Source: Azolla caroliniana (lineage: Eukaryota > Plantae > Polypodiophyta). Taken from it: DNA of 64,000 nucleotides. A model generated the notes under the pieces. It was given only the letters and a program-made list of their open reading frames with translations, searched no databases and was not told the DNA's origin. Both the position numbers and the translations under genes were made by a program. Each line of letters starts with the position of its first letter. Within the stretch, counting starts at the first letter, position 1. Shown here in pieces: positions 1 to 15,013 of the stretch. The stretch is taken from the NCBI GenBank assembly GCA_043228905.1, contig JBHGNT010000017.1:15934001-15998000 (forward strand). Reading direction: 5' to 3'.

Positions 1-586
1 TCAATAAATGTTTAAACGTTGATGGTTTGCAGATATGAAATGTAGTTAACTTAAAGAAAATCATAATGGTTAACTCAAGGCACAAGTTAAGATTAATGGT
101 TTTACCATCTTGAGGAGATGTAGGTTCCAGAAGTGGAAGTTACATTTATTGTTAGACTTGAAAATGTTTTAAGTATAAGAGGTAACATTGTAATCCTTAA
201 TGCCATCATCTATAAATTTAGTGCTCATTAACATCCATAAATTCACAACTCAAGAAATGTATACAATATTCATAAACAATTTTGATAAATCCATAACTCC
301 TAAAATGTAGATGATACTCATAAACTATCAAAACTGCCAAACTTAGATGTAAACATTAATATATCAATTTGAACATATCACATAGTTATCAAGGTATCCA
401 CAATGCTCACCTCTTCTTCATTTTGAGAACTCCCCTACAAAATTTGTGAAAAAATGGCATTTGCAAGGTTCAATTACCATCAACACAATTATTAATGGTT
501 TTTTGTTAATAAATGAAGCACATGTTCACCATAAGGTAGCTTGTTCTGCAACATACTTCTTTACAATATCGATATGCATCTTTTTC

Positions 587-3550
587 TCATATACTTCTTC
601 TAGGGCTACCACATATACCTAGCCATTCGCCAACGGGAACCACATTATGACCAATCTGCCACCAAAAGAGCATGATCTTTTCAGGCATATGTAGACGCCA
701 GAGACCCTTCCAAAAGGTAATGAGCACCTCATCAGGGATGCCCAATGTTCGCCAACCATTGCGAAGGGGGCCGTCTAGCTGTAGTTGTAAAGTTTGACCC
801 AATTTAGTGTTGTATTCGAAGAAATGGCAGAGTCTGTCGTCATGTTTCCACCTGAAATCCCCTAGGTTCCATTCTAGTTCGACAAGGGGACGACAATCGT
901 ATACCCATAACTTCCAATGGAGTTCCATCTTAGCAATATCCGGGTCTGTCTTCTAGATGTTATCAACATGTGCCACCCCTCGATTGGGTGCCAAGAGCCC
1001 CTACTCTGACTCTCCCCAAAAAATGTAGCTCTTCCCGATCCACTCACGCCCTTCAGCAACTTAACCATTCCAGCCTCATCAAAGAGACCGAACCATGCAT
1101 CTTCTCTCACCTCCCCCATTGGAACCCTGTCAACTGCCTCAACTATCAATCTCCACATTTTCATAGCTCTCGTGAGGGGAGGGAATGGGTCCTCCTGGGC
1201 TCCTCTTGAAACAACCATGTGTCTCCAATTGTCTATAGAGTGGAGCCCTGTCTGCGCCAGCTTTCCCCATGCTAGGCCCTTAAGCCGCCCTAACATCATG
1301 TTGTCACTTGTTCACACATGAGGATTCCAAAATAATGGTTCTCTCGTCCACTCAATTAGTGTCTCCGAGGTGTGCTTGACCAAATGATGTCATACGTGAC
1401 ACCATGCTTGCAAGATGGAGTTCGTGACCCTGTCCTCTGGTTGACAAGCCATCTTGGGTGGGACTCCGCTCGTGCAACACCATTTCAAGGAGTCAAGCCA
1501 AGGCCTACCATACTTGGGAGTTCTTGGTTGCAACCTGTTGTGAAGTAGTACCTTCCAACACTCCTTACTTGGCAGGAGGCATCGAACCACCATTTTGGCT
1601 AGCAATGCTCGGCTTTGCATTAAGGGGTGTATGAGGCCAAGCCCCCTTTTGGGCCGCAGTTGCGTTAACCAGCGCCATGACACTTTGGTGGCAACCATTG
1701 GGTTGTCATTACCTTACCATATAAACCCCCTGATGGCAGCCTTAATCGCGTGCAAGCCTGCAGGGTCCATAATCCAGCATGAGACTAACATCCACATGGT
1801 GGCGAGCATCAGTTTGTTCGCAATAAGGACCCTATCAGTGAAGGATAATTTAGATCTACTCCATTGGTTCAACTTCCTGCTTATTTGGCTTGCACATGGG
1901 ACAATTGCACTCCCTTGGATATTGGCATCCCCATCGTAAATCCTAGGTACTTGAATGATGTCCCATCAGGGACCCATGTAAAATCGGCACGGGGTTGCCA
2001 CCTTGGTTTCTCTTGTTCACTGAACCAGAGGCCTTGGGTTTTATCCCAATTGACCTTGGCACCAACGGCTTGACAAAAGTCCTCGACAAGATGTTTAGCC
2101 CGTTGCAAATTCTCCTTATCGCCCTACAAGAAAAGGTCCTGGACCATATCGTCGGCATATTAAGATAACAGAAGATCTTCGGTTGCATTGGGAATGGGCA
2201 ATCCCCTCAGTCCGTTGCTTGGTGCTTGTAAGTAGGGGAGAGAAAGCCTCGGTTACAAATAGATAGAGATATGGGGCTAGGGGACAACCTTGCCTCACTA
2301 TGCGGTTTAGTTGGAAGGCGGGCCCCTAGCATCAACTACTAGCACACTATTGGTAGCAGTCCAATAGAGTCCAGAAGTGCAATTCCTCCATTTTTGGGGT
2401 AGGCCCATAGCTCTCATCACATTTTCCAAAAAGGGCCATAGCAACTTGTCGTAGGCCTTTCCGAAGTTTAACATCAGAATAGTCAAGCTCGATATGGAGC
2501 GATTTGCCAATGCCTTAACTTCCCAGAGAAACAACACATTATCAAGATACACCTACTCTTGATAAACCCTATTTGATTCTCATGTATGATGTCTAGTAAG
2601 AAGCTTGCCAACCGTCAAGCTAGGACTTTTGCAAGTGTCTTGTATATTGTGTTAAGGATCGTGATTGGATGCCACTAGCGCAACTCTAGGCTTTGCTTTG
2701 CCACTTTGGGGATGAGACAGATCATCCCCTAAGCTAGACCAGTTGGCATCGTTCCTGAGGTCCAAATCTCCTGAACCCCAACTTCCAATGACAGGATAAC
2801 ACTTTCCCAATGAATCTCAAAAAAAACTCATGAGAGACCATCGGGTCAGGGGCATGCTCCTCTCTGCAATTCCCTAAGTGCCTTCGAGAGTTCTAATCGA
2901 GAAATGGGGCTATCGAGCACAACTTCTATCTCATGGGTTACCTTGGGGTGAATGCAAGTCATCACCCTATCAGCCAGCTCTGTGTTTTGCCTCATATTCA
3001 TAGGTGCGAGTAGGTCTCGGCAATATTGTGTTGCCATATGCAGAATCTCATCCTTGTCCTTCATTATTGAGCCATCTGGTTTGCACAACCCTTGTATATG
3101 TCCACCACCTCCCTTGGGTGCCCTGTACTAAAAGAAATGTCGGTTGACCTTGTCGTCTGTTCTTGCCCACCATGTTGCGGTCCTTCGAAATATCATTCGG
3201 TTCTTCTCCAAGGTCCTTTCCCACACCTTCATCTTTGCTTCCTCCAGCTTAGATCTAGACCAATTGCAATTAGGGTCTGCTTGTAGCAACCGTTGCGTTG
3301 GCGCAATGGACTTACTTAATTTTGTTTCAATGGTTTTGACCTACTGGAGGGCACACTTGGTTTCCTATTGGAAAAAGGAGGAGAGGGCCAATTTTTTCTG
3401 CAAATCCTCACTGGCCGATTCACTTACAATGGTCTCCTGCCATATACTATGTAGACCTGCCTTCACCTCTACACTCTTCATGATCTTTGTGGGGATTTTC
3501 ACATTGAGACTCCCGTTGCTACTGTTGGGTGGGTTAAGGTCTAGTCTCAT
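587..3550 (-). pseudogene. LINE-A ORF2 reverse transcriptase and C-terminal region, frameshifted
   Basis: ORF fragments with FGKAYDKL.W, RQGCPLAPYL, KYLG and W.GLW...P.KI..FWW; many stops and frameshifts. Confidence 0.9.
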
Positions 3551-4021
3551 TGTTGTCCGCTAGAATTGTAACCGCCAGACATAATGCGTAAAATATGAAA
3601 AATGTATTGGAAGCGTTAAGGAAAGAGATGTAACGGTTCACGCGAGAAGCGTGACCGACTGAACGCCCTGTGTATATAAAGGGCAGAAATCCTTTGTAAG
3701 AGGTAGCGTGTAATTTTTGAGCGTGAGGTTTTTTCTAATAGAATCTTATCTTCTCTGATTTTTTGTGTCTGTGCAACCCATGCTGTCTTGTGTAATCTCT
3801 GTGCTATTCGTAAGTGCGTCTCTATAAGCATAGGGTAAGAGTCAGCGTAGTAGCGCACTCAGGTTCTTGGTCGTAGCCGTGAACCTTCACCCATAGATAC
3901 ACATTATTACACAACTAACGGATTACGGCTCATGCCTCGTGTGGCGTCATACCTTGCCACGCAATCACCTTGAGGTCTATCTCGAAGGACTGAAGATAGG
4001 CAGTGTTCCATATCGGTAACA
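3551..4021 (+). repeat. 5' LTR of gypsy-1
   Basis: TG...CA ends; direct repeat of 10446-10795; TATATAAAG at ~3673. Confidence 0.92.
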
Positions 4022-4300
4022 CGTTTGGCACGCCTGGTGATCTATGATTTCTTGCAAACGAACAACAAGGAATGGATGTCTAGCCGTAGATGACCCAGAG
4101 AACTGACCCGGCAAAGCCGACCGCTCACGAAGTTCATCACACACCAGACAGAGGAGCGCGCAAAGCAAAAACCTCACCTTAGCTATTCCTTTCAGGACTA
4201 CAAGGTTGACTCCACATTCACAGAACACTGCAACGTCAAGTAGGAAGTCCTGTCACCACACGAGAACCGTGGTCTTCCCCTGCCCACCATAGCATCCAGA

Positions 4301-6790
4301 ATGGCCTTCTTCTATCCACGCTTCAACGACAAAATAGACACCACAAGCCACATCCGGCTGTTCTTGAATGTTTGGAACGCTAATCACATGGCGCAACGAC
4401 TTCTAGAGGCGGAAGCGCACCAATCGAAGATTGCAGAGTTCAGATTAACTCTAGATGGTAGAGCGGCATGCTGGCACTCTCAGATGGACCTAGCAGCAAT
4501 CATGACCTTCGATCAACTGCAATCAACATTTTTGCAATTTTTCCATAGAAGGGTACCACAACGAGAGATTATTGGGCAATTTTACACCATCAAGCAATCG
4601 CCAACAAAATCTGTCGTGGATTTTAGTCTACGATTCCAAAGTCTATGATGACAGATTACACAGGCCCCAACAGATGAGGAAGCTAAGGAGACATTTTTGG
4701 CAACATAATTGTATCAGTTTTCGACGAGGACGCAACAAAATCCACGTACCCACTTAGGAAATGGCTGCACAACCCAAGGGCATAACACCATTATGTGCAG
4801 AAGACATAAATATGCTAGAAGGGGTAGATGATGCAGAGCTGGAAGCACACCTTGATGATCACCCATGGATCGTCCCATTATTTGAAATTGATATTATAGA
4901 AATCGTTGCGGATTACGTGCCCAATAATACGCTTCAGGAAGAGGTGTGTGAGCCAGATCTAGAATCGTTACTAGAGCTAAACAGGGCACGAGCAACATTT
5001 GACTGGGAAATGGAAATCGCATGGTGAGTCTCCGCCTCAACATTAGAAGAAGTCAACGTCGGAACGACAACGGATCCACGAGTACTCTCAATTGCAAAGG
5101 ATTTACCCCTAAGTTAGAAGGAATCAATCATAGCGCTGCTCAAGGAATATAAAGATGTGTTCGCTTGGTCCCACGAAGACATGAAGGGGTTGGACCCATA
5201 GTTTTACCAGCATAAGATCAACTTAGCTACCAATGAGAAACCCGTACAACAATGTCGGTATCGAATGAATCCGAATTATGCGGCTCGCGTAAAAGAGGAA
5301 ATTGACAAACTTCTCAAGGCAGGGTTTATTCGACTAGTTAAGCAAGCTACGTGGCTAAGCCCAATAGTCGTAGTACCGAAGAAAAATGGCAAAATCCGCG
5401 TTTGCGTAGACTATCGGAAATTGAACGCCGTAACAATTACAGATGCGTTCCCCTTACCTTTCACCAACAGTGTACTAGACACAGTCGCAGGGCATGACAT
5501 GTACAGTTTTCTGGACGACTTCAACGGATATAATCAAGTACGCATGCATCCTGACGACCAAGAGAAGACGACGTTTGTCACCAACTGGGGGGTTTATGTC
5601 GCGGTAGTCATGATGTTTGGGTTAAAGACGACGCATGCCACAACCAAAGCACTTAGCCGTTTCTTGGGACAAATACGTTGGCATAGTCATATGTTACATG
5701 GTATTTGGCAGATTTTGCCACGCCACTACATGCCGCCATACACCGCACACCTTTCAAATGTACGACAGTTGAAGAAAAAGTGTACGACGCACTTAAGATA
5801 CTGTAAACCCAAGCACCGGTCGTACAACCATCGGATTGGGTGAAACCGTTCCATGTCTTTGTGGATGCTTCAGATATAGCAATAGGTAGCACGTTGATGC
5901 AACTCACCGAGCCGAATTGGTATAGAACAGTCTATTACGCTAGTCGAAAGCTATCAACGGCCGAACGTAACTACTCCACAACAGAACGGGAGGCGTTGGG
6001 AATGATATACAACATCAATAAATTCTGCCATTATCTTCTGGGGAGAAAATTTACGTTTCACGTAGATCATGTGCTATTGCTCTACCTTGTGGAGAAACAA
6101 GTGCTGACAAGAAAACTGGCTAGATGGATGCTATTGCTCCAAGAATTCGACTTCATAATTCAGCATCGCCTAGGTACGCAGCACGTTGTAGCAGATTTCT
6201 TGAGCAGGGTGGATAACGGGGAAACTGCAAGGAAAGATGACAATGACTTTCCCGATGCAGACGTTCTGCGGGTCGTGATGGTAACGTCATGGGAAGAGGA
6301 AAATTTTCCGGATCGATGACTAATGGAAATGACATACTTTCTGACTAAAGGAATGCCACCGCCACAATTAAGGACGAACGAAAAGAAGCAATTGGCTGTC
6401 TATAACTTTAACTTTTGCCTGGTGGAAGGAATATTGTATCACAAGGGCAACGATGGAATCTGGCGACGCGGGGTACGTCAAGATGAGAAGGAAGCTGTTT
6501 TGCGCGAAGTTCACTGTGGTACGACAGGGGGGCACTATGCGGGAGATGTTATGGCCAGAAAAATATGGCAAGCTGGTCTATGGTGGCCTACCACGCAAAA
6601 GGACGCGCACCTCTATTGCAAGCAATGTGATTTATGTCAACGATTGGGTTAGTCCACAGAGGGCGCGAGAATGCCACATCAACCCGTTCTTCCGCTAGAT
6701 CCATTCTAGAAGTGGGGTCTTGATTTTGTGGGACCCTTTACACCGACAACAACGCGAACAGGTAATAGATATATTCTGGTAGCAATAACA
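4301..6790 (+). pseudogene. gypsy-1 gag-pol remnants (gag, RT, RNase H, integrase N-terminus)
   Basis: SPIVVVPKKNGKIRVCVDYRKLN (RT); VDASDIAIG and YASRKL...NYSTTEREAL (RNase H); H...GGH...C..CDLCQ (integrase zinc finger); internal deletions. Confidence 0.92.
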
Positions 6791-9700
6791 GATAATGTAC
6801 TCATACTTCTTCAAACAAATTGGGAGAGGTTTACGGCGCAATTAAAAATGGCGTTAGACAAATGCTGGATGGCGTGGGCAACACAAGTGGTGGAGGGCAA
6901 AATGTGAAAGTGTTTTTAGAAGCTAAGCCATTGAACATTAGAAGAATATAAAGTATGGATAATTCACATTTGGAGGCGAAGAACACGAACCAAGACCTTA
7001 GGAAGAAGTCAAAAGTAAAAGTAAGAGACCAAGAGAAAAGTAAAAAGAGAAAAAGCGGACCATAAAAAATAGTAAAAAAGGAATAGTCATAACTCCTTCG
7101 TTTTTCACCCAAATATGATGTTTAAATATGGGTTAGAAATCTTGTAAAGAGAGCTATCTATAGCGTTTTAAATCACTAAATTCGGAGCTCTGAGGAGGGA
7201 GATATGATGATTAGAAGGTCGTTGGGTCTTAGTTAAAAATAGGAGATAAAAAGCTTCTAAAAATAGCATGAACGAGGAGGAAGAAGAAAATTATAAAAGA
7301 GGAAGTGATAGTCATAGACGGGAAAACTAATAGGGAGAGAATCCTAATAGAGGAGAGGGAGTCTTAGGAAGAGATATCTTAGTGAAAGAGGAAGGGTCTA
7401 AATTGTGGTTTTTGAGTGATTGGTAGTAAGAAGGTCTTTGGTTTCTTAGTTGAATGTGGAGTTTATCTCCTTTGTATTGTCTTGATGTTGGAATATCATA
7501 ACAATCTTATCTCTTTCTCATCTTCTCTATCTTTTTTTCTTAATTTCTTGAGTCTCTCTTGATCTATATAATATATTGTGAGTCACAACTCCATCTAACC
7601 GGTTTGGTAAAGCCCTCATATAGTGTAAGATTACCCTTTGTCTTAAACACCTCATCATTTTTGGCGCTCTAGCGGGGGTCGATCCTTTCCGTATAGGAGG
7701 GAGAACTTATCCTTTCTTTGTGTTACTATACTACATTAACTTAGCTATGTAGTTTGCGTTTTCGGGTGAAAGAACACAAGATGCTGGTGCCTTTTTAGCA
7801 TCCTTTGAGAATCATGCTATCTCTATTGGACGCATCACCGATAATGAGAAGTTACCTTTGTTGGTAGCTACATTCTATGGTCGAGCTCGAGATTGGTATG
7901 ACTCTCTTCCACCAAATGAACAAGGAGAATATCAATTGTTGGTACACCAATTTCGTTCTAGATACATTCCACGACGAAATGAAACGGAAGTAAGAGAGGA
8001 GATTTTTCGACTAAAGATGGAATCACCTTTTGGTTTCATATAGTATGAAAGAAATTTCAAGGATTTGTGGACGATGTGGATTCGTCTTCGCGGTGGCATT
8101 GAAGACGAGTGGTTTAAGATGGAACGATTCAAGATGGGCCTTGACATGCATTTCCGTTTGGAGGCAAGCTTGAAGGATCCAACATCTTTTCAAGCTCTTA
8201 TCCAAGTTTGTCAAGGTTATGATTGACAAGTGAAGGTGATGAGTTCCATGGGGTTTAGGGTGCAAATTTGATGCCTCGTGCCAACTTTCAAGCCTCATCT
8301 TCAATTCTGCATGGTGGACAAGTGTTTCCAAATGTGTATACCACCACAACAATAAACCCAACAAGTATATCTCAAGAAGTGGAACAAGTGAAGAGTGAAC
8401 AAGATACAATGGAATTGGTGAATCGACGCTTTGATGAAGTGATGGCCCACTTGCGACAATCCCAAGCAATTCACAACATTATTCCCGATGGTGGTGGCTC
8501 TAGAGGGCATCAAGGTGTAATTTGTTATTCTTGTCAAGAGGAGGGACACATCTCAACAAGATGTCCTCATCGACAACAAAGAAGCATGGGAAGAGGCATG
8601 TATCAAGTGCAACGGAATGGACAACGAGCTATCAACAATGGAGTCGAAGGAGGCGAATCCATAACACTTCATATGGCTCAAGTTCCTACAATTCCTCACA
8701 ATGTGAATCTTCTTAATTTTATTGATGATAGTGATAGTGCTTGTGAAGTAGCTCCTGTGAAAAGGACAAGGGCCTCGCAAAAGGAGAAAGAAGTTGATGG
8801 AGAATCTAGTGCCTCGAGAGAAAAGAAGAAGTCTAAGGAGAATGAGGAAGAGGAGAAATTGAGAAGGAGACACTCCAAAAGGAAGATAAAGATGGAGGAT
8901 ATTCCTATGGGAGAAGGTGTAGAAGCTTCCAATCGGAAGCATGAATTGATATCGAGTGGACCAAGGATAACATGACCAAAACTTCTCCAATTATCTCCCA
9001 CATTACGAAAGGAGTGGGGAAAGCTTGCAAGTATCAGCCAAAGTAGGAAGACCGTGCATTATGTGGGGATCATGAGAGTAGAAGATCGAAAGGACATACG
9101 TCCAACCATCCCGGTCTCCATCAAAGGGTTTCACATCAAAGATGCCTTGGTTGATAGTGGTGCTAGGGTAAGCTTGATTTCTGAATTTGTAGTAAACAAA
9201 GTGGGAATTCCTATAACTAGGTCATCTTCAACAAGGGTGATTGTAGTAGATAGTGGAGTGGTGCATTGCACAAGCATAGTCGAGGATGTGTTCATCAGGT
9301 GTTTTGGGATAAGAGGAGAAGCTTGCAACAAATACCACATCAACTTGAAGGAAAGTGTATCAATTTCCCCAAAGCTTCGGCAATTGAGTGTTGAACAAAA
9401 GGAAGAATTTATGCAAGAGTTCAACGCATGGTTACAAGAAAGTTACAATTATAAGATGGAAGATTTGAAGTGTGTGTCACCTATAGTTTTGGTTCCAAAG
9501 AAAAATGAGATCAATTTCAAACCCTTGAATGATTCGACCAAACGAGATCAAATTTCACTTCCTTTCCGAGATGAGATTGTAGATCAAATGATCATTTATA
9601 CAAAACAAGGTAGTGTGGACAATGTGTTGTGCCAAGAAGATGTGGATGATTCAAAGATCAACATAATTCAAAAGATGATCATTCCAACAAGTCTCGAAGC

Positions 9701-9890
9701 TTTGAGGTATTTGTGCAAAAGGTTCGCTCGCTCGAAAGATTCATTCATATGTTGACATGCTTACTTCTATCAAGATTTATGTATCCATGGGCCTACTTGT
9801 GTATGGAGAGTTGACAAAGACATAATAATTGTAGTAACCTCTTTCCTTGTGTTGACAAGGAGAAAGATGGTGATGGCAATTGGCAATGTG
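6790..9890 (+). mobile_element. Fragment of another gypsy family (family C): PPT-LTR-PBS-gag-protease-RT remnants inside gypsy-1
   Basis: Purine tract at ~6886-6902; LTR 6903-7657; PBS-like TGGCGCTCTAGCGGGGG; zinc knuckle CYSCQEEGHISTRC; protease DALVDSGA; RT-like SPIVLVPKK. Boundaries approximate, no TSD found. Confidence 0.8.
6903..7657 (+). repeat. LTR of family C
   Basis: TG...CA ends; inverted homologue at 24000-24772. Confidence 0.9.
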
Positions 9891-10445
9891 CGTGTGTGTT
9901 GGGGCAGTACGCGAGGACCTATCAGAGGATTATCGTATGCTAGCAAACCAACACTCCGAGGAACTCACACAACTATTAGACGACTTCAGGGAAAGTCAAG
10001 AACATATTTTTCTCCGACTAATGGAGATCAAGAGCGAACAATAGCGTACGGAGCCAATTATGGTACCCGATACTGATTCCACTGAGCACGGGGAGCCTCA
10101 ACCTAATTCATCGGAGATGAGAACTACGCCAGGCAACATTGCGGACAATACGGACAGGACAGAGCCTTAGCCAACCGTTTGCCCACAGACGAAAGAACCA
10201 GCCCTAGCAAAAAGGAATGAGCCAGTAGAGCCGGGTCCGACCACGCCGGGAGAATTTGACAACATTGAAACCCCCACGACGGTGGAGCAGGGATAGTACG
10301 CGCAACAAAGCAACGAAGCACCTACGGACATTACGCCGTTTCCGAACCAGAACGTATGAGCGGAGCCGAACATCCTGGACATCTTGGAGGATGAATAGAG
10401 GGATGGGTCCGACGTGCCATGGCACTGTCCCACATGCGTGCCAGG

Positions 10446-10795
10446 TGTTGTCCGCCAGAATTGTAACCGGCAGACATAATGAGTAAACTATGAAAAATGT
10501 ATTAGAAGCGTTAAGGAAAGAGATGTAACGGTTCACGCGAGAAGCATGACCAGCTGAACGCCCTATGTATATAAAGGACAGAAATCCTATAGAGTGTGGG
10601 GTTTTTTCTAATAGTATCTTATCTTCTCTGATTTTCTGTGTCTATGCAACCCGTGTCTTGTGTAATCTCTATGCTATTCGTAAGTGTGTCTCTGTAAGCA
10701 TAGGGTAAGAGTCAGCGTAGCTAAAGTCAGCGCAGCAATCACCTTGAGGTCTATCTCGAAGGACTGAAGATAGACAATGTTCCATATCGGTAACA
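10446..10795 (+). repeat. 3' LTR of gypsy-1 (internally deleted)
   Basis: Direct repeat of 3551-4021, followed by TSD CTCAT. Confidence 0.92.
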
Positions 10796-10935
10796 CTCAT
10801 CGACTAGTCGACTAGTGATAAGAGAAGGTAAGACTTGCCAAGATTACGAAGGAGCCCCCAACTCTTCAAGGGACGAGTTGATGTATATGCAGTCTACCAC
10901 TCCTAACACTCACGACAACTCTGGAGAAGTGTAGT

Positions 10936-11349
10936 TGTCATGATATGGCAAGACATGAACCCATGACCTTATGTTACATGGGTCGAGCTCTTGACCATTA
11001 CACTATCTATTGTAATACGTAGGATATTATTTTTATTTTAAAGTTTTGTTATAGAAAATTAATGTATATTACAAATTTCTCTGGAACATTCTAGAAGCTT
11101 CAGGACTACTCCTAAGAACACTATAAAAGGAGGCACAAGGCATTATTTCGAACCAAATCGGTTCAACGCCAGTCTTAAGCCTCCTAGCCTTCCTTGTATA
11201 TTCTTCTCACATAATATATCGTTGTCATCATCATTTTCTGTCCCTCGATCTCTCACTCTCTCTCTCTTCTCGAGTGTTCTAGACCCTCTATGCACAAATA
11301 TTTCTCTCTTAGTACTAATTTCTTCTCTGCCTCAGTATTATTCCTGACA
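10936..11349 (+). repeat. 5' LTR of gypsy-2
   Basis: TGTCA...TGACA; TATAAAA at 11122; matches ~34030-34365. Confidence 0.9.
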
Positions 11350-11487
11350 GTTTGAATCGATTTTCCCTCCTTTCCTCTTCCTTTTATCTTCTTACATATC
11401 CCCTTTTTTCCGGTCTTCTTTCCGGTTTCCCTCATTTTCTTACCCCTTTTTTCCCTTCATACTAATCCTCTTATCCTCCCTAGTAAA

Positions 11488-13147
<1,660 letters not shown>

Positions 13148-13967
13148 TCTGTGTGTGTGTATATACGTAAGGCAAAATAGAGAGAGAAAGAGAGAGAGAG
13201 CTTAAGACAAAGATAACCGTTGTCGTGAAGATTTTCGGCAATAGTGTGAAAATCCCATAAAACGTACAAAATCGAGTATGAATCACTTAATACAATAATT
13301 GTGAAGATAACATTTTAAATAAATTTAATATCTAAGTACAAAATGATGGAGGTTTCAAATGCACTTTATTACACGAGAAACGAACAACTAAATGTCAAGA
13401 TATGAGGGTATAAAGTTTGTGAAAGGAAAAGAGAAAATTGTGAGACATCCCACATAGGCACGGCAAATACGGCTCTTATCATATATAAGGTAAAGCAAAA
13501 GATATTATCTTTTTTTCTATGTGTGGAGCATAGAGAGTTCAAGGTAACTTGAACTAAGAGTGGAGGTGGGCTAGCTACTCGTAAAGGGTTTTGGCCAACC
13601 AAAACCGGACCGGCGATGGAGCCGGTGATCCGGCACCAGTGAGACACCGACAATCCGACGACGGCATCCGACGACAATCTGGCAACGGCGAGGCGGCGGC
13701 ATCCGGCGCCGGTGAGATGATGGCATCCGGCGAGGCACTGGTAACCGACGGCGGCATCGGTATCCGACGGCAACCGGCGACGACATCCGGCGAGGCACCG
13801 GTAACCGACGGCATCTGACGAACCGACGACTATATAAATAAATATATAAATATATATACATATACAAGGAGGGCAAGTAAGGATTCAAACCTTGCACCTC
13901 CGAGTTAGGAATCAATTGGCTTACCATTAAGCCATGCCATTTAGTTGAATTTATATTTCTATCATTG

Positions 13968-13996
13968 AACACGTTCGCGTTCACAAGTGGAAGGAT
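13968..13996 (+). repeat. Left TIR
   Basis: Exact reverse complement of 23294-23322; similarity extends to ~36 bp with two mismatches. Confidence 0.96.
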
Positions 13997-14346
13997 TACG
14001 CATTCCACTTGTAGAATCTTCTTAAAACGAAGCAAATACACCCTCTCTACAAAAATTGGATGCACTAGTATCACATGTTCCTCAACTTGATGAGAATTTG
14101 CAAATATAAAAATACATGATAGATCTACAAGTGGAGATCATTAGAAATCATGCAAGTTTAGACACGTTGATAAGTTAATGTAGGCATAATAAAGGTCAGC
14201 TATGGCTCAATATGTCACTACTGTGCGACAAGGGAAACACTAACTTAAAGACTTATATTAATTAGGTAAGTTTTACAAAAATATCAGGTGTACTTGTATC
14301 CATACTAATAAAATGAGTTATAATTTATACTTTGACCCATACATGC

Positions 14347-14620
14347 ATGTATGTAATTGTGGAAAATGTAGGATAGTGCACATTAGGATAAGTGATTGGA
14401 ATAACTAACTTATTAAAGTATTCAATACTTGTATTTAAAGTTGATCTAATCTATTCCTCAGTTTGTTCATATGGGATCAAACCATATGTATATAATTGTG
14501 GACAATGTAAGGCAGTGAACTTTAGGATAATGTCATGGAAATAACAAACCTATTAGGCTTTCATACCTGTATTTAAAATTGATCTACTCTATTGCTTAGG
14601 TGATTCACACAGGATCAAAC
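14347..14620. repeat. Diverged tandem duplication (two copies of ~137 bp) in the left arm of the transposon
   Basis: Both units contain TAATTGTGGA.AATGTA...TGTATTTAAA.TTGATCTA...GGATCAAAC. Confidence 0.75.
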
Positions 14621-15013
14621 TCCGAACGATAACGCAACTGGAACCATTATCAACACACTACACAATCTAAGCAACAATGGAATAGAAACATAATAGTTTT
14701 AACAATAGAAGACAAAGATCCATAATAACAACATGGACAGTCATGGCAACAATTATAGGGCCATGTTCTGTTAAGGTTAGCTTGGACCAAAATCAGCCTC
14801 AATTTAAACTAATTTATGTTTCTCCATAAATTTGGTAGTCAGCTATGCATGCGGTGAAACCAATGTCATAAATCTACTAACCAAGTATATAAAAATAAAA
14901 TTGAAACATATAGAAGATTATAAAGAATAGAATCCACTAGGTAAAACCCAAAATTTGTATTAATAATGTGAAATTCTAACAAATCGTCAGTGTCATTTTC
15001 TTCATAGAGTCTA

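Larger units (their letters stand above)
3551..10795 (+). mobile_element. Ty3/gypsy LTR retrotransposon (gypsy-1), degenerate
   Basis: LTRs TGTTGTCCGC...GGTAACA at 3551-4021 and 10446-10795; exact 5-bp TSD CTCAT (3546-3550, 10796-10800); PBS TGGCACGCC (tRNA-Arg-like) at ~4026. Confidence 0.93.

Noticed and set aside
1-586. Unassigned AT-rich flank
   Set aside because: No recognisable ORF or repeat boundary; the 3' end and TSD of LINE-A could not be fixed.
13369-14074. GC-rich ORFs here and at 30236-30629 and 41560-42020
   Set aside because: They come from stop-poor GC-rich repeats within family B LTRs and show no protein motifs.
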